NCBI RefSeq assembly: GCF_009914755.1
Contig: NC_060937.1
DNA from: the human T2T-CHM13v2.0 reference genome, Homo sapiens
Direction: 5' to 3' (one strand)
Length of the DNA stretch: 64,000 nt
The position numbers and the translations under genes are program-made. The notes under the pieces are model-generated. The model was given only the letters and a program-made list of their open reading frames with translations. It was not told where the DNA came from and did not search any database. Shown piece after piece: positions 12,686-23,552 of the stretch (its first letter is position 1; each line of letters starts with the position of its first letter).

Positions 12686-13821
12686 AAACAGATTAACAAC
12701 ATATACGTTCTATTCCAACAATCACTTATTAAAATGAAACTAATAGATGCTGGTTTTGGCATATGTTTGAAGAACATTTGCCTACACTATAAAAAGAAAC
12801 CCCTGGGGTTTCTGATCAGATGGCATATTGTTACAAGTTGCTGTGTCCACCCTAAACCCAAATTGGCTGCCTCTCAGAATTGGAGAGTGTTTGATGGACC
12901 CCAGAGATGAGGGTTCTCAGGTCCTGGGGAAAAAGCATCCTGGAGAGGAGCGCTAAGTGCTATGGACCAGGGAGAGCCCAGGAATGCTGCCTAAGAATTT
13001 TCTTTTCTTTAACTGACATTGGCCTGGCTGGGCCATTCTGCAATGTGGTGAGGCAGGAAATGAGTCCTGTCAGCCCGTGTCCCACCCTCAGATACAAAGA
13101 AACATTAGGATCTGCCAGGGTTGTTTGGGGCATAGAGAAGGTACCAGCAGGTGCACCTCTTTCCCCTCTTATGGAGGGGTAGGTAAAACAACCTAGGGAA
13201 GATGGCTTAATAGCAACACTGGAAGCTAGAATATAAAGAAGGCTTGATTTCTGCATTCTAAGGTAAAATGATTTCAAAGGTAGAATTATGTCCCATGAAA
13301 TCTGTCAATGAAATGTGAAAGAAAAGAAGATATTTTCAGCCAAGCAAAGTCTCACAAATCCTCCTTCTATAGACTCTTTGTCAAGAAGCTGCTGGAAGAT
13401 GTGCTCCACAGAGTAAAAGAGTAAACCAGAATAAAGGAAGTCAATAGAAACAGGAAATAGCTTCACAGGAGAAAAATATAAGGGAATCCCTAAGAAATTG
13501 GTTTAAAAAGTAATGTCCTTACGCACCAGGCCTAGAGCAGTGAATCCTAAATTACACTTAGGTAAAAAAAAAAAAAAAAAAAATTATCTGATAATGTGTT
13601 TAATATTGAAAGGAATTTGACATTCCTGATAAATAGCAAATGAGAAAATGAGGCAAGTGTTAAACACAACCAAAAACACGTAATAAAGGGATACAACCAT
13701 AGCATTCTATGCAGTTCAGCTATGAACAATATAACTGTATTGTGTGATGAAAGAAGAAAAGCAGGGATGGAGGGAGGAATGTGTATGATAATAACTAAGC
13801 CTTTATTTGCCATAATAGTGA

Positions 13822-14520
13822 AGGGAATCAAAATGTTACCCCAAAATGTCTAAAATCCTGAAAATCAAAATTCCAAATGTTGACATTCTGAAAGCTGAAT
13901 TCTGGGGGAAGTGATTAGTGCATTTTGGGTTGTGCACAGGATAGTTGCATCATGTTAAATGGAACTATTATCTTGTTATTGTCTTTATTTGGAAATTAAA
14001 TATGGTTTGAAGAGGAGCATATGGATGCCAAGCTGACAAGGGGTAAACTTGTGGACTTAACTTTAGATATTGACTGGACTGGATTAAGAAATACCTAGAC
14101 ACATGGTAAAGCATTATTTTGGGTGTGTCTGTGAGGGTGTTTCTAGGGGAGATTAGTGTGTGAGTCTAACTAGGACTAGGTGGAGAAGATCTGCCATCAA
14201 TGCTGGCAGGCACCATCCAACTGGCCTGGTGCCCAGAGAGAACAAATACACAAGGCAAATTGGTTCTGAGAGCTGGGACAGACTTTTCTTCTGCTGCCTT
14301 GAACATTAGAAATTTGACTCCACAAAAAGTGCATTATCACAAAGTTGACTTTGTGTGTAAGCATTGTGTGTGTACATAATGTTGAAACTTCCTCAATAAA
14401 TGAAGAGTTTTTTTGCACATCTGCATTTGTGAAAGATAAAATTTCTCAAGATCTGGGCTATTTGGGCAAAAGCATAAGCAGTGGTGACCCATTGAGCTCT
14501 ATAAGTCAATGCCATTTGTG
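13822..14520 (+). mobile_element. Ricksha (MULE/MuDR) DNA transposon carrying a captured HERV-L 3' end and MLT2 LTR piece
   Basis: Terminal AAAATCC-type repeats (TCTAAAATCCTGAAAATCAAAATTCCAAATGTTGACATTC), then CAGGATAGTTGCATCATGTT...GCCAAGCTGACAAGGGGT (ERVL polypurine-tract region), MLT2-like GGGTGTGTCTGTGAGGGTGTTTC, then non-LTR Ricksha-like sequence. Confidence 0.75.
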
Positions 14521-14552
14521 CAAATGGCACAAAAGTTATAAATATACCTCAT

Positions 14553-14795
14553 AATAGCTATGAATGTACTGCTTAGCATGTGCTAGACACTGTTCTAGTA
14601 CTTAATATGCATTTTAATCCACTCAAACACCCATTGAGATGGGTACTATTACTATCCTTGTCCAGATGAAGATTCTGAGGCACAGATATATTAACTAATA
14701 AGCCCCAAAGACATGTAAAGACATGTGCCTATCATGGAGCTGGGGTATCATCCAGGCAGGTGGATCCAGCACCCACACTCTTAACCACTACACTT
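14553..14795 (-). mobile_element. MIR SINE
   Basis: Core TACTATTACTATCC...CAGATGAAGATTCTGAGGCACAGA and end CACACTCTTAACCACTA. Confidence 0.8.
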
Positions 14796-15653
14796 ATCAC
14801 CTCACAAAACAACTGTATGTGTTCTTCATGGATATAAATTTATGCGAGAATGTTTATTAAACTCACATGGGACAAGGAAATATTAAACAAACGACATTAA
14901 CTCCTAATGTTTGGAGAGGTGCATGGGGAGAGAAGGGTAATTGTAACGGTGACCATGGATGAAAGAGAAAAACAGTAACATAAATTTTAGAGGACCAATG
15001 ATGACAGCACTGATATACTGTAAATTAATCAGCACGGCGTCATGCGCTGATTAACTCAACTCCGTATCCCTATGTTGAAAGAAAACAAACATAAAGATGT
15101 TTTTAAAAGAAAAAGCTACAATACTGATTAAGAATAGGATATACTGGTAACTAACATAACAGCTTCCCAGTAAGTTCAGAGCAGCTATGATAGATTCACT
15201 TTCAGAATCGGGGCAAATTACTCTTTCTTTGCCTGAGCTCCAGAGGAAATGGTTGTCTTTCTTGATAAAAGAAAAGGACATATGTGTACAAACGAATGGC
15301 TCACCCAGCCCATCAAAGATCAAACATGTGCCTCTTAGAGCCCTTCTTTCTCCTGTTCCATGTGAGGGCTTTTAGGGAGTTCACATTCTGAGGCATGTAT
15401 CACGCCACATCATTTCAAAGGCACTTAGCTTAAATTGAGTCATCGCAACACCACTGAACAACATTCTTATAAAAGGCAATGTAGCACTTAATTTTTTCCT
15501 GTGTGGTCCACACTATCTCATACATTAATTTTTTTTTTTTTCCCAGAGTCTCACTAAACTTTATGTTCCTTATGGATAGAGACCATAATTTGTGTTATTT
15601 TGCATGTTCCACATTCCGTCACTTGGGAGTAGATACCAAATTGGCTACTAATA

Positions 15654-15949
<296 letters not shown>

Positions 15950-17255
15950 TAATACTTTTTAATTAAAAAGAAAAATTAAATATTTGGGTAAAGTCTAAAA
16001 TACAGGGTTCAGAACACCACCACCACTCTGCTGCCAAACTTTGTGCATGCACACACACACAATTGTAACAGAAAGTGTTGTGAGATAGTTAATAGATGAA
16101 GATCAGGTTTAAAGACAAAGTGAAGACAAAAATACTAAAAACGAAACTTAAAAGACAAAGGAAGCAGGGCTGTAGGCATCCGTTGCTGAAAATGAGGAAG
16201 AAGACATGAGACATGCTGGATGTCTTCCCCAAGACAGCAGGATGGTCAGTCACCATTCCAGAGCACTGCATTCCAGAAATAAATGCATAGGGAAGAGAAA
16301 GGGGAGATGCCATTGCTAGCGAAATGTTAAAACAACTGTGTGTGTGTGTGTACATAGAAATATATTTTCACATCATGTCCATCTGTTAAGCAGTAACTGA
16401 GTTATACCTTTTAGGAAGTCAGAAGTTGCCTCATAGTTAACTTGTGCAGAAAACTCCAGGTTTCTTTTCAATATATAATCCTATTATCTTTCTGATGGAT
16501 CATAAGGCATCAGATTTTAGAATCTCTTTGTGGTTCTGAATATTGACTTTTGGGTCACTGGATAAAAAAAAATATCCTTTTTGTCTATTGTCTACCCCTT
16601 CCATTGCCCAGAGTACCTGGCAAAGCAGCTCAAAAGCTCTGGGCAAAGGACCTTGGGGCATTTGAAGATGTGTAAGCAAGAGGGAAACACTTGGCTGGAT
16701 TTCACCATTCTTCCACTTACCTTACAATGGCAACTGCAAAATTCTTATTGAATGGATTGAGCAGCTGTCTGGTTTGATTGTAGCTTCAGTGAATCTGTGC
16801 CTCAGACCTCTGTGGAATTGCTATTTCATTGCTATTTGCAGTAATGTTCTACAGTAAATCACAACTTCTGTCCCTATGGCAACCACAGATACCTGAGATG
16901 TTACTGCCTCTTTTTTGCCAGGAAAAAAACATAGTTAGAAAAGAAAGTAATAAATATGGCTAGTGGCCCTTTCTACATTGTTAGGCTGTTTCTTGCTCTG
17001 AGTTGTGCATTTTCAATTAGGAATCCCTGAGCTGAACTCAATAGTTGCATGCACAAGCATGCCATCCGTTCAGCAGGTACAAATGAGAGACAAATGTGTA
17101 AACTGTATGCCTGATTACCATCTTCTGGATATGAGCTGAAGAATATATGTCATATATGTGTGGGACAGATAAAGGACATCCTCTGGACAGGACTAATTTA
17201 TTTTTGCTGTGTTCATTATCATTTCTCCTTCAATTTTAGGTCCTTCTCATTAGAT

Positions 17256-17432
17256 CAGTACTTGTCTGAGGGTGATTTTTTGACTGACTCACACAGGGAC
17301 TTTTATTAAAAATGTGGCATCCTAAATTTCCCAAGGACCCATTGAATTAGAATGCAGAATGAAGGGCATAATCCATATTGTAAATAACTTTCCATTTGAT
17401 TCCCATGAATGTTAACATTTGAGAACCATTGC
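17256..17432. mobile_element. MER5-family (hAT-Charlie) fossil
   Basis: TTATTAAAAATGTGGCATCCT...TTGAATTAGAAT...TTTGAGAACCATTG. Confidence 0.55.
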
Positions 17433-20400
17433 AGTAGGTAACCTTTGAGAGAAAGAATCTTATATTACTCATCTTTGTATTCAAGGCTTCTTGCGTGATG
17501 CTGGTTAGGTTTTTTTAAAAAAATATGGCCTGTTCTCATAACATTGATCAGCATCATATCATCACCAGTATCTCCTGAGAGTCCATGAGTCAGGCTGATC
17601 TCTTGTCTTCTCCAAGAGTCTACAGACTATACTCAAGGGAGATTCAGGTGCAGGTAAAATTAGATGGGATGTTGTTTCTCGGATTGGTTCTAAATATAAC
17701 TATACATTTATTATCTGGTCTTTAAGAGAATGTGTTTGGGACATTATAGTTCATATCCTATAACCTTGTTGGATCTCAAGAAGAAAGATCTTTTTCACCT
17801 TTGCCTTTACTGACTTCAGATGACTACTCTAAGATTTTTGGAGGGTACCAATGAGACTAGCCTCTGGGCTACACAAACAGAGATAAACCTGTTTGCAATG
17901 AGTGCAGGATCTCGGGTCCATTCTTGTTGCTAAGTGGGAATACCCTGCCTTCACTGACACTGCCCCAGAAGTTTGCACAAGAGACACAAGAGTCTGAAAA
18001 ATGAGACCTGGGGCACACACTGACAAGTGTATTCCTTCAAAGAGATGAATTAATTGATCCTGAATATTGGGCCCAGACACTGAAAAATCTCAGTGTATTC
18101 ACTGCTAAGGATGATTATTACTTTCTCTTTGTGTGAGTCTACAAAGGATCCAGGATAATCTCCTTGTCCTTTATCATTTCAATATGTTTTTCCACACAGG
18201 AACATACAGTTTTCAGAGAATAAAATTAAACTAATGAGATTTAATTAGCACATTATTTTTTAGTGTCCTTTGGTTAAAAATCGGGAAAACACTGATGTGT
18301 TTATATTAATATGTGGAAGGGGTGGGTAGAGGAGAAAGGACAGAGAAAGAAGAGAGAAGTGGGGTGGTATTTTCCATACCCACAACCATCTCAGGATTTC
18401 TGGAACTTCAAGCCAGCAGGTAGACCACCAGGAGCTTTTTGTATGATAGATTCTAAGGAAAAAATGGTGGAGGAGATTAGAGGCCTGAAGGTAGATATTT
18501 GGATGTTAGGATTAAGATTTTTGAAAAATGAATACCTAAAAGAAATAAGGACCTGCCACAATCCCTAGGAGACTGACAGGAGCATGGGGAGGTTGGGAGA
18601 ACAATGGAAGACAACAACCTGTTGGGCTTGGAACAAGATTTTTGGAAAAAAGAAAATACATAGGAGTGGAGTAACTGCCACTTCTTAGTATTAAAATAAC
18701 CAGGGTCATTGCAGAAAGACCCAAGGTGAAAGAAAAGGGAGGGTAAGCAGAAGTTGAGCATGGCAGGGTGTGGGGGAAGCAGGCAGTAGGACAGGAATAC
18801 AAGGAGGGCCAGCTTAGGGTTATAGGTAAGGCAAGGTCACTGAGGTGGCCAAGAGCCAGGGCTTCGGTGCACAGCAGGCAAGGCAGCAGGAGCCCAACTG
18901 CTGAGGACAGTCACCAAGGAGCCATCTGGAAAGGCACTGCATCACCAGCACAACTGGGAGGCTCTTTGGACCAAGAAGTTTCAGGAAGCCCTATCTGGAC
19001 TCAAAGGATACTCACTCCCTGGCATTTAGAACTTACAGGCTTTGCACCTTCTAACCTTTTGCTGTCCTTCTGCTTCCCTTCCCCTCTGAACAGCCCAACC
19101 ACAGAATATTCCACCATGAAGGTTGAGCTTTCAATTTAGCGATGGTTGCTTTGCTTCCCTGGCTTCCTCTTTCTCACCCATCTACTCATGCTGGTTCTTG
19201 GGCTTGATGCGGCCTGTGGCCTCAACTCACATTGCTTTTTCTGCGTTAGCTTCAGTTGTCTTCAAGTGCAGGCAACTCGACCATCATTATGGCCAAAGAG
19301 TAAGGGTTGTTGATTTTACCACTGTGGTCTTGGATGGATGAACGGGGATAAGATTGGGATTTAAGTGAGATTTGTCTTCATTGTCCCTTCCCTATAACTA
19401 ACCACATACACCGTACAATTGACAAAAATGATGTCTTGCCCAATATCACACCTCTAAAATAAAAACAAATCTTTGTGGCATAATAGGAAATGTTATTTTA
19501 TTATTTCCCCTTATGTGCCAGCCAAGTTTGAAACAGAACAGTTGATCTATATTTGCACTTTGTTGTATTTACTTTGTCTTGTAAATTAGCCAATTTTTCT
19601 TTCATTGTTGTCTCCTGTGGCCTTCGGGAACAGATGTTTCTTTTGAGCATCTGGTAGCTCTAGTCCTGAAGTGTCAACTTAAAGGGACATTATTTTGTCT
19701 AGCAGCTAAGGCACCACACAGATATAGCCTAGGAGGATTGTATGTGCACAAAGCAAGCCTGCACATGCGCATGCACACACACACACACACACACACTTAA
19801 AAACCACAAGCCTGGAACTATAAATATGTGTGAGTCACCCAATAGAATAAGAGAAACAAGAAGGAAATGTAGACATTGTATTTCTCACAACATTTCTATT
19901 TTCAAAGCTGTTTGAATAATGGTTTTAGCTTAGGATGTTGTCTCCAGTAAGTGCAGCAGAACTAGACGCTCCAAGGTCAGTTGTGCTATGTTTGTCTAAG
20001 ATGAGACTAATGTTCTATGCTTTGTGTGTAGTATCCTTTGTTAAGGTCTTTAGTACACTGTGAGCCTTTGTTGCCCTGACTATTGGCCTGATAATTTCAG
20101 GAAAGTTTACAGTAGCTCCAGGATCTTTCCTGAGGTATAGATTTTAATGGCCATTATCCTGAGTATGCTTTGAAATAGTTTCCCTCCCTTAATATGTCAT
20201 TGCTTGTATTCCTTTACAGAAACATTACAGATTGGTTGACCCCAAGGTATGTGCTCTTAATTCATACACAGTACTTCTTTCCATGGGCTATTTTAAAACA
20301 CAGAATATTACTCAGATGTAATGGGACTTTTTTTCTGTAATAGTTAACATTTTAACAACATTTCAGGTACAACTTTTAGCAAATATGATTTCCTGCATTT

Positions 20401-20522
20401 TAATTCTAGAAAATATCCCCCTGTATACTACTAATTCCATAAATATGGAATGAAAATATCAGAAAGGATTACATGCCACTTACAGACTTAAAGGTTTTCT
20501 GTGCATTCTATCCCTTGGTTTC

Positions 20523-20856
20523 TTATTTATTTTACATACATACATACATAAATGCATGCACGCATTTATTTATTTTGAAGCAGAGTCTGGCTCTATTGCC
20601 CAGGCTGGAGTGCAGTGGTGCAATCTCGCCTCGCTGCAACCTCCACCTCCTGGGTTCAAGTGATTCTCGCCTCAGCCTCCCAAGTAGCTGGTATTACAGG
20701 TATGTGCCACCACATCCAGCTAATTTTTGTATTTTCAGTAGAGACAGGGTTTCACCATATTGGCCAGGCTGTTCTCAAACTCTGGACCTCAAGTGATCGA
20801 CCTACCTCGGCCTCCCAAAGTGCTGGGATTACAGGCTAGAACCACCATGCCCGGCC
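20523..20856 (-). mobile_element. AluS (Sx/Sz) with a (TTTA)/(TACA) microsatellite-derived tail
   Basis: Full Alu body at 20575-20856; TSD TCCCTT(G/A)GTTT at 20511 and 20857. Confidence 0.95.
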
Positions 20857-20934
20857 TCCCTTAGTTTATATATTAAAGTATGTGACTTCACTGAAGCCAA
20901 TGTTCTTTACTAGTAGTACTTACTTAATTTAGAG

Positions 20935-21275
20935 AGTTTGTTTTGAGGCTTCTGCCCAGAAAGAGGCTGTATTTCCCGACCTCTCTTGCATCTAAGTAGA
21001 GCTAAGCAGCTCAACTGTGGCTAGTAAAATGTATGTGGAAAAGATGTACCCCACTTTCAAACATGACCCATAGAAATCTCCTATGTGAACCCCAATTTTC
21101 TGTCTTCTCTCAACTTTCAGCTGGATTTCAATGCTCAAGGTGACTTTGAGAGTCTCATGTTGAAAGTGAAGATGTCCGTCAGTCTGAGTCTTTCAATGCC
21201 TGTACAGAGTAATTCTCCCAAGGATTGATTGGATTTTATATGAGCAAGACACAAACATATGTTTAGTCTTCTTTG
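20935..21275 (+). mobile_element. MLT1J-like MaLR LTR
   Basis: TATTTCCCGACCTCTCTTGCATCTAAGT...GACCCATAGAAATCTCC...CATGTTGAAAG...TATATGAGCAAGACACAAAC. Confidence 0.65.
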
Positions 21276-21688
21276 TCTACAAATGTTAAGCTTAAAGGTC
21301 TGAGAAAGTTTTGTGTTTTTATGTTTTTTAATCTCTCTAGGATTCAATCATATTTAAAACCTTTTCATAAGACTAACAATGCATGCATTGTTACAGAGAT
21401 ATATTCATTACATGAGGGTCACTGTCAAACAATTTAACAAACCCTAGGGTACTTACTCCTTGTGTTTTATTTCAGGAATGGGAATGTAGCTCTCTACCTC
21501 TCTGGAGTGTAAATAATCTTTAAGCAAAGTGGGGAAAAACAGTTCTTCAGTTATCTGGAAGGTTTCTTGGTTGTTAAGCCAAAATTACCAAGTACTACTA
21601 GCCTGGACCATTTTTACCCTGGGTCACAGGATTTGTTGTAATTGCCTTAAAATATTATAATTATGTTGCAATTGAAAAACAGATGTTC

Positions 21689-21720
21689 ATCATTTCTTGG
21701 CCTTTTGGCTAAGATCAAGT
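21689..21720 (+). pseudogene. RNU2: 3'-truncated (tailless) U2 snRNA retrocopy, nt 1-32/33
   Basis: ATCATTTCTTGGCCTTTTGGCTAAGATCAAGT(G) versus U2 ATCGCTTCTCGGCCTTTTGGCTAAGATCAAGTG (3 transitions). Exact 15-bp TSD GAAAAACAGATGTTC at 21674-21688 and 21721-21735. Confidence 0.95.
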
Positions 21721-21764
21721 GAAAAACAGATGTTCAGAAGTGGAGGCAAGTGTGTGTGCATGTG

Positions 21765-21765
<1 letters not shown>

Positions 21766-21795
<30 letters not shown>
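21766..21795. repeat. (CA)n microsatellite
   Basis: About 15 uninterrupted AC units. Confidence 0.97.
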
Positions 21796-21797
<2 letters not shown>

Positions 21798-21967
21798 CTA
21801 TTTCTTTCTGCCATCATGCATTTTTACCTACAACCACACCAGTAAGACATACAATATCTCATCCTTTTATGGTTAGTTGTTCCTAAACATTTATTACAAT
21901 GTTAACTGTTGGGGTAAATTATGTACCATTTTCAGGAAGCAATGTGTATTTTAAAATAACCCTATTA

Positions 21968-22200
21968 GAGTGGTATAGTAGATTGATTAAAAGCATGAGG
22001 CTTGGAATTTTAGACTAGTTTTTGAATAACGTTGCTGCCACTTACTACATGACCTTGGCCAAATTATTTAATCTCTTGGAGCCTTAGATTTATTTGGCTG
22101 CAAACCAGAATAACTTAATCATTGGATTAGTGTGAGGATTAAACAATACCTCCAAAGTACCCCCCAAAATTCTCAGTACTATTGGAAGCACTTAACAGAT
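21968..22200 (+). mobile_element. MIR SINE
   Basis: GATTAAAAGCATGAGGCTTGGAA...CTGCCACTTACTA..TGACCTTGGCCAAATTATTTAATCTCT...GTGAGGATTAAA. Confidence 0.8.
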
Positions 22201-22553
22201 GTGGTTACTTTCATCGAAATGGTTTGACTTTTATAACTGTAAGTGTAATATTACACACAACACAGAAGACAAATCCAATACTTGTTTTTCATGGGTGAAA
22301 CCAAAAAGTCTATCAAGAAAAGAAAATTACCTTTTCAAAAATAGAAGCAGTGTCCAAAGAAAGAATGGGGGGTCTCCCTAAAAATGTGAAAACTAGAAAT
22401 GTGTGATACCATTACAAGGTCTATGATCTACTTTGACATATTTCATCATAATTAGTGCAGTATTATGTTTGTGCTGGTTAAAGTTTAGAGGCAGCCCGCT
22501 GGCCTTATATCTAAAGGGCCATGTTCCAGGGGCAGTTCCTACAAGTCATTCTG

Positions 22554-22790
22554 TTGGCCGATCTATACAACTAGAATAACTTTTTCTTCTAATGAGAGCC
22601 CATTTCTAATATTCATCACACTCAATAACATCACTGGTTCTATCAATGACACTCAATGACACATTGCTAGCATGCTAGAAAACAAAATGAATTTTCATGG
22701 ATAGAACCAGTGACATTGAGTGTGATGAATATCAGAAATGGGTTCTCATTAGAAGAAAATAAAGTTATTCTAGTTGTATACACTGGCCAA
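22554..22790. repeat. Long inverted repeat (arms ~96 bp, spacer 45 bp)
   Basis: 22554-22649 aligns to the reverse complement of 22695-22790 with about 7 substitutions and two 3-nt indels. Confidence 0.97.
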
Positions 22791-23344
22791 AATTATTTAG
22801 AGATACTCTCTACCCCTCCAAGGAAAGGGTATAGGAATCCACTCAGGCTTGTACCCTTCACCTTGGGGATGAAGTCCATAGCTTGATCTCAAATCAGTTC
22901 CATTTCTTGTCATTGGTTTAGGATAATTCTGATTATAGGATGCCGACTACATAGGGACAATCTTGCTTCAGAAGTTGTGTTGGCCTGAGTGAAATTTTCA
23001 AACAGGAGCAGAAAGCTGGAATTTTATTGAAGCTAGAGATAAAAATATGATGTAGAAAATGTGTTGAGCATTCTTTGCTAATGAATATTTACCTAACAAA
23101 TGTGTCCCTGCATAGAAAAACTTCACTGCAGACTTGCTTTCATTATAACTTGATAGCAAGGTTATCAGAAGTAGCAGCTGGATACCAGAAAGAACCACAC
23201 AGCTATGCGTGAACCAACTGGCTACATCAGTTCACAACACACTTTCTGCCATCTTCTTTTAATTTTCTTCAATAGCCAAGGACTTCCATAATAATCATGG
23301 AGCATCCTATTTGACTGTCCATTTACTAGATTGAAGCCTGTCAA

Positions 23345-23552
23345 GTAACATAGCCTAGTGGCTCAAGGTCAAGCCCTGCCACTTACTAGAAATGATAATT
23401 GGCAAATTATTTAACCCTCCTGTGCCTGAGTTTCTGCACTGGAGAAATGGTCTAATAAAAGTGACTACCCAGATAGATTATAATGATAATTAAATGATAC
23501 CCATAAAGAACTCATAACCATTTCTGTCACGTCTAAGTGCTAGCGATTATTA
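23345..23552 (+). mobile_element. MIR SINE
   Basis: CCCTGCCACTTACTAG...TTGGCAAATTATTTAACCCTCCTGTGCCTGAGTTTC...TAAGTGCTAGCGATTATTA. Confidence 0.75.

Larger units (their letters stand above)
13250..15120 (+). mobile_element. Old L1ME-type fragments, interrupted by Ricksha and MIR
   Basis: ORF1-end-like text (GTAGAATTATGTCCCATGAAATCTGTCAAT...AAGATATTTTCAG...AGAAGCTGCTGGAAGATGTGCTCCAC) and A-rich L1M-like sequence resuming after ~14810. Confidence 0.5.

Noticed and set aside
18768-19341. GC-richer stretch with 123-aa and 72-aa ORFs, considered as a processed pseudogene
   Set aside because: No poly(A) or TSD and no recognisable protein in either orientation. It may be an old LTR or unique DNA.
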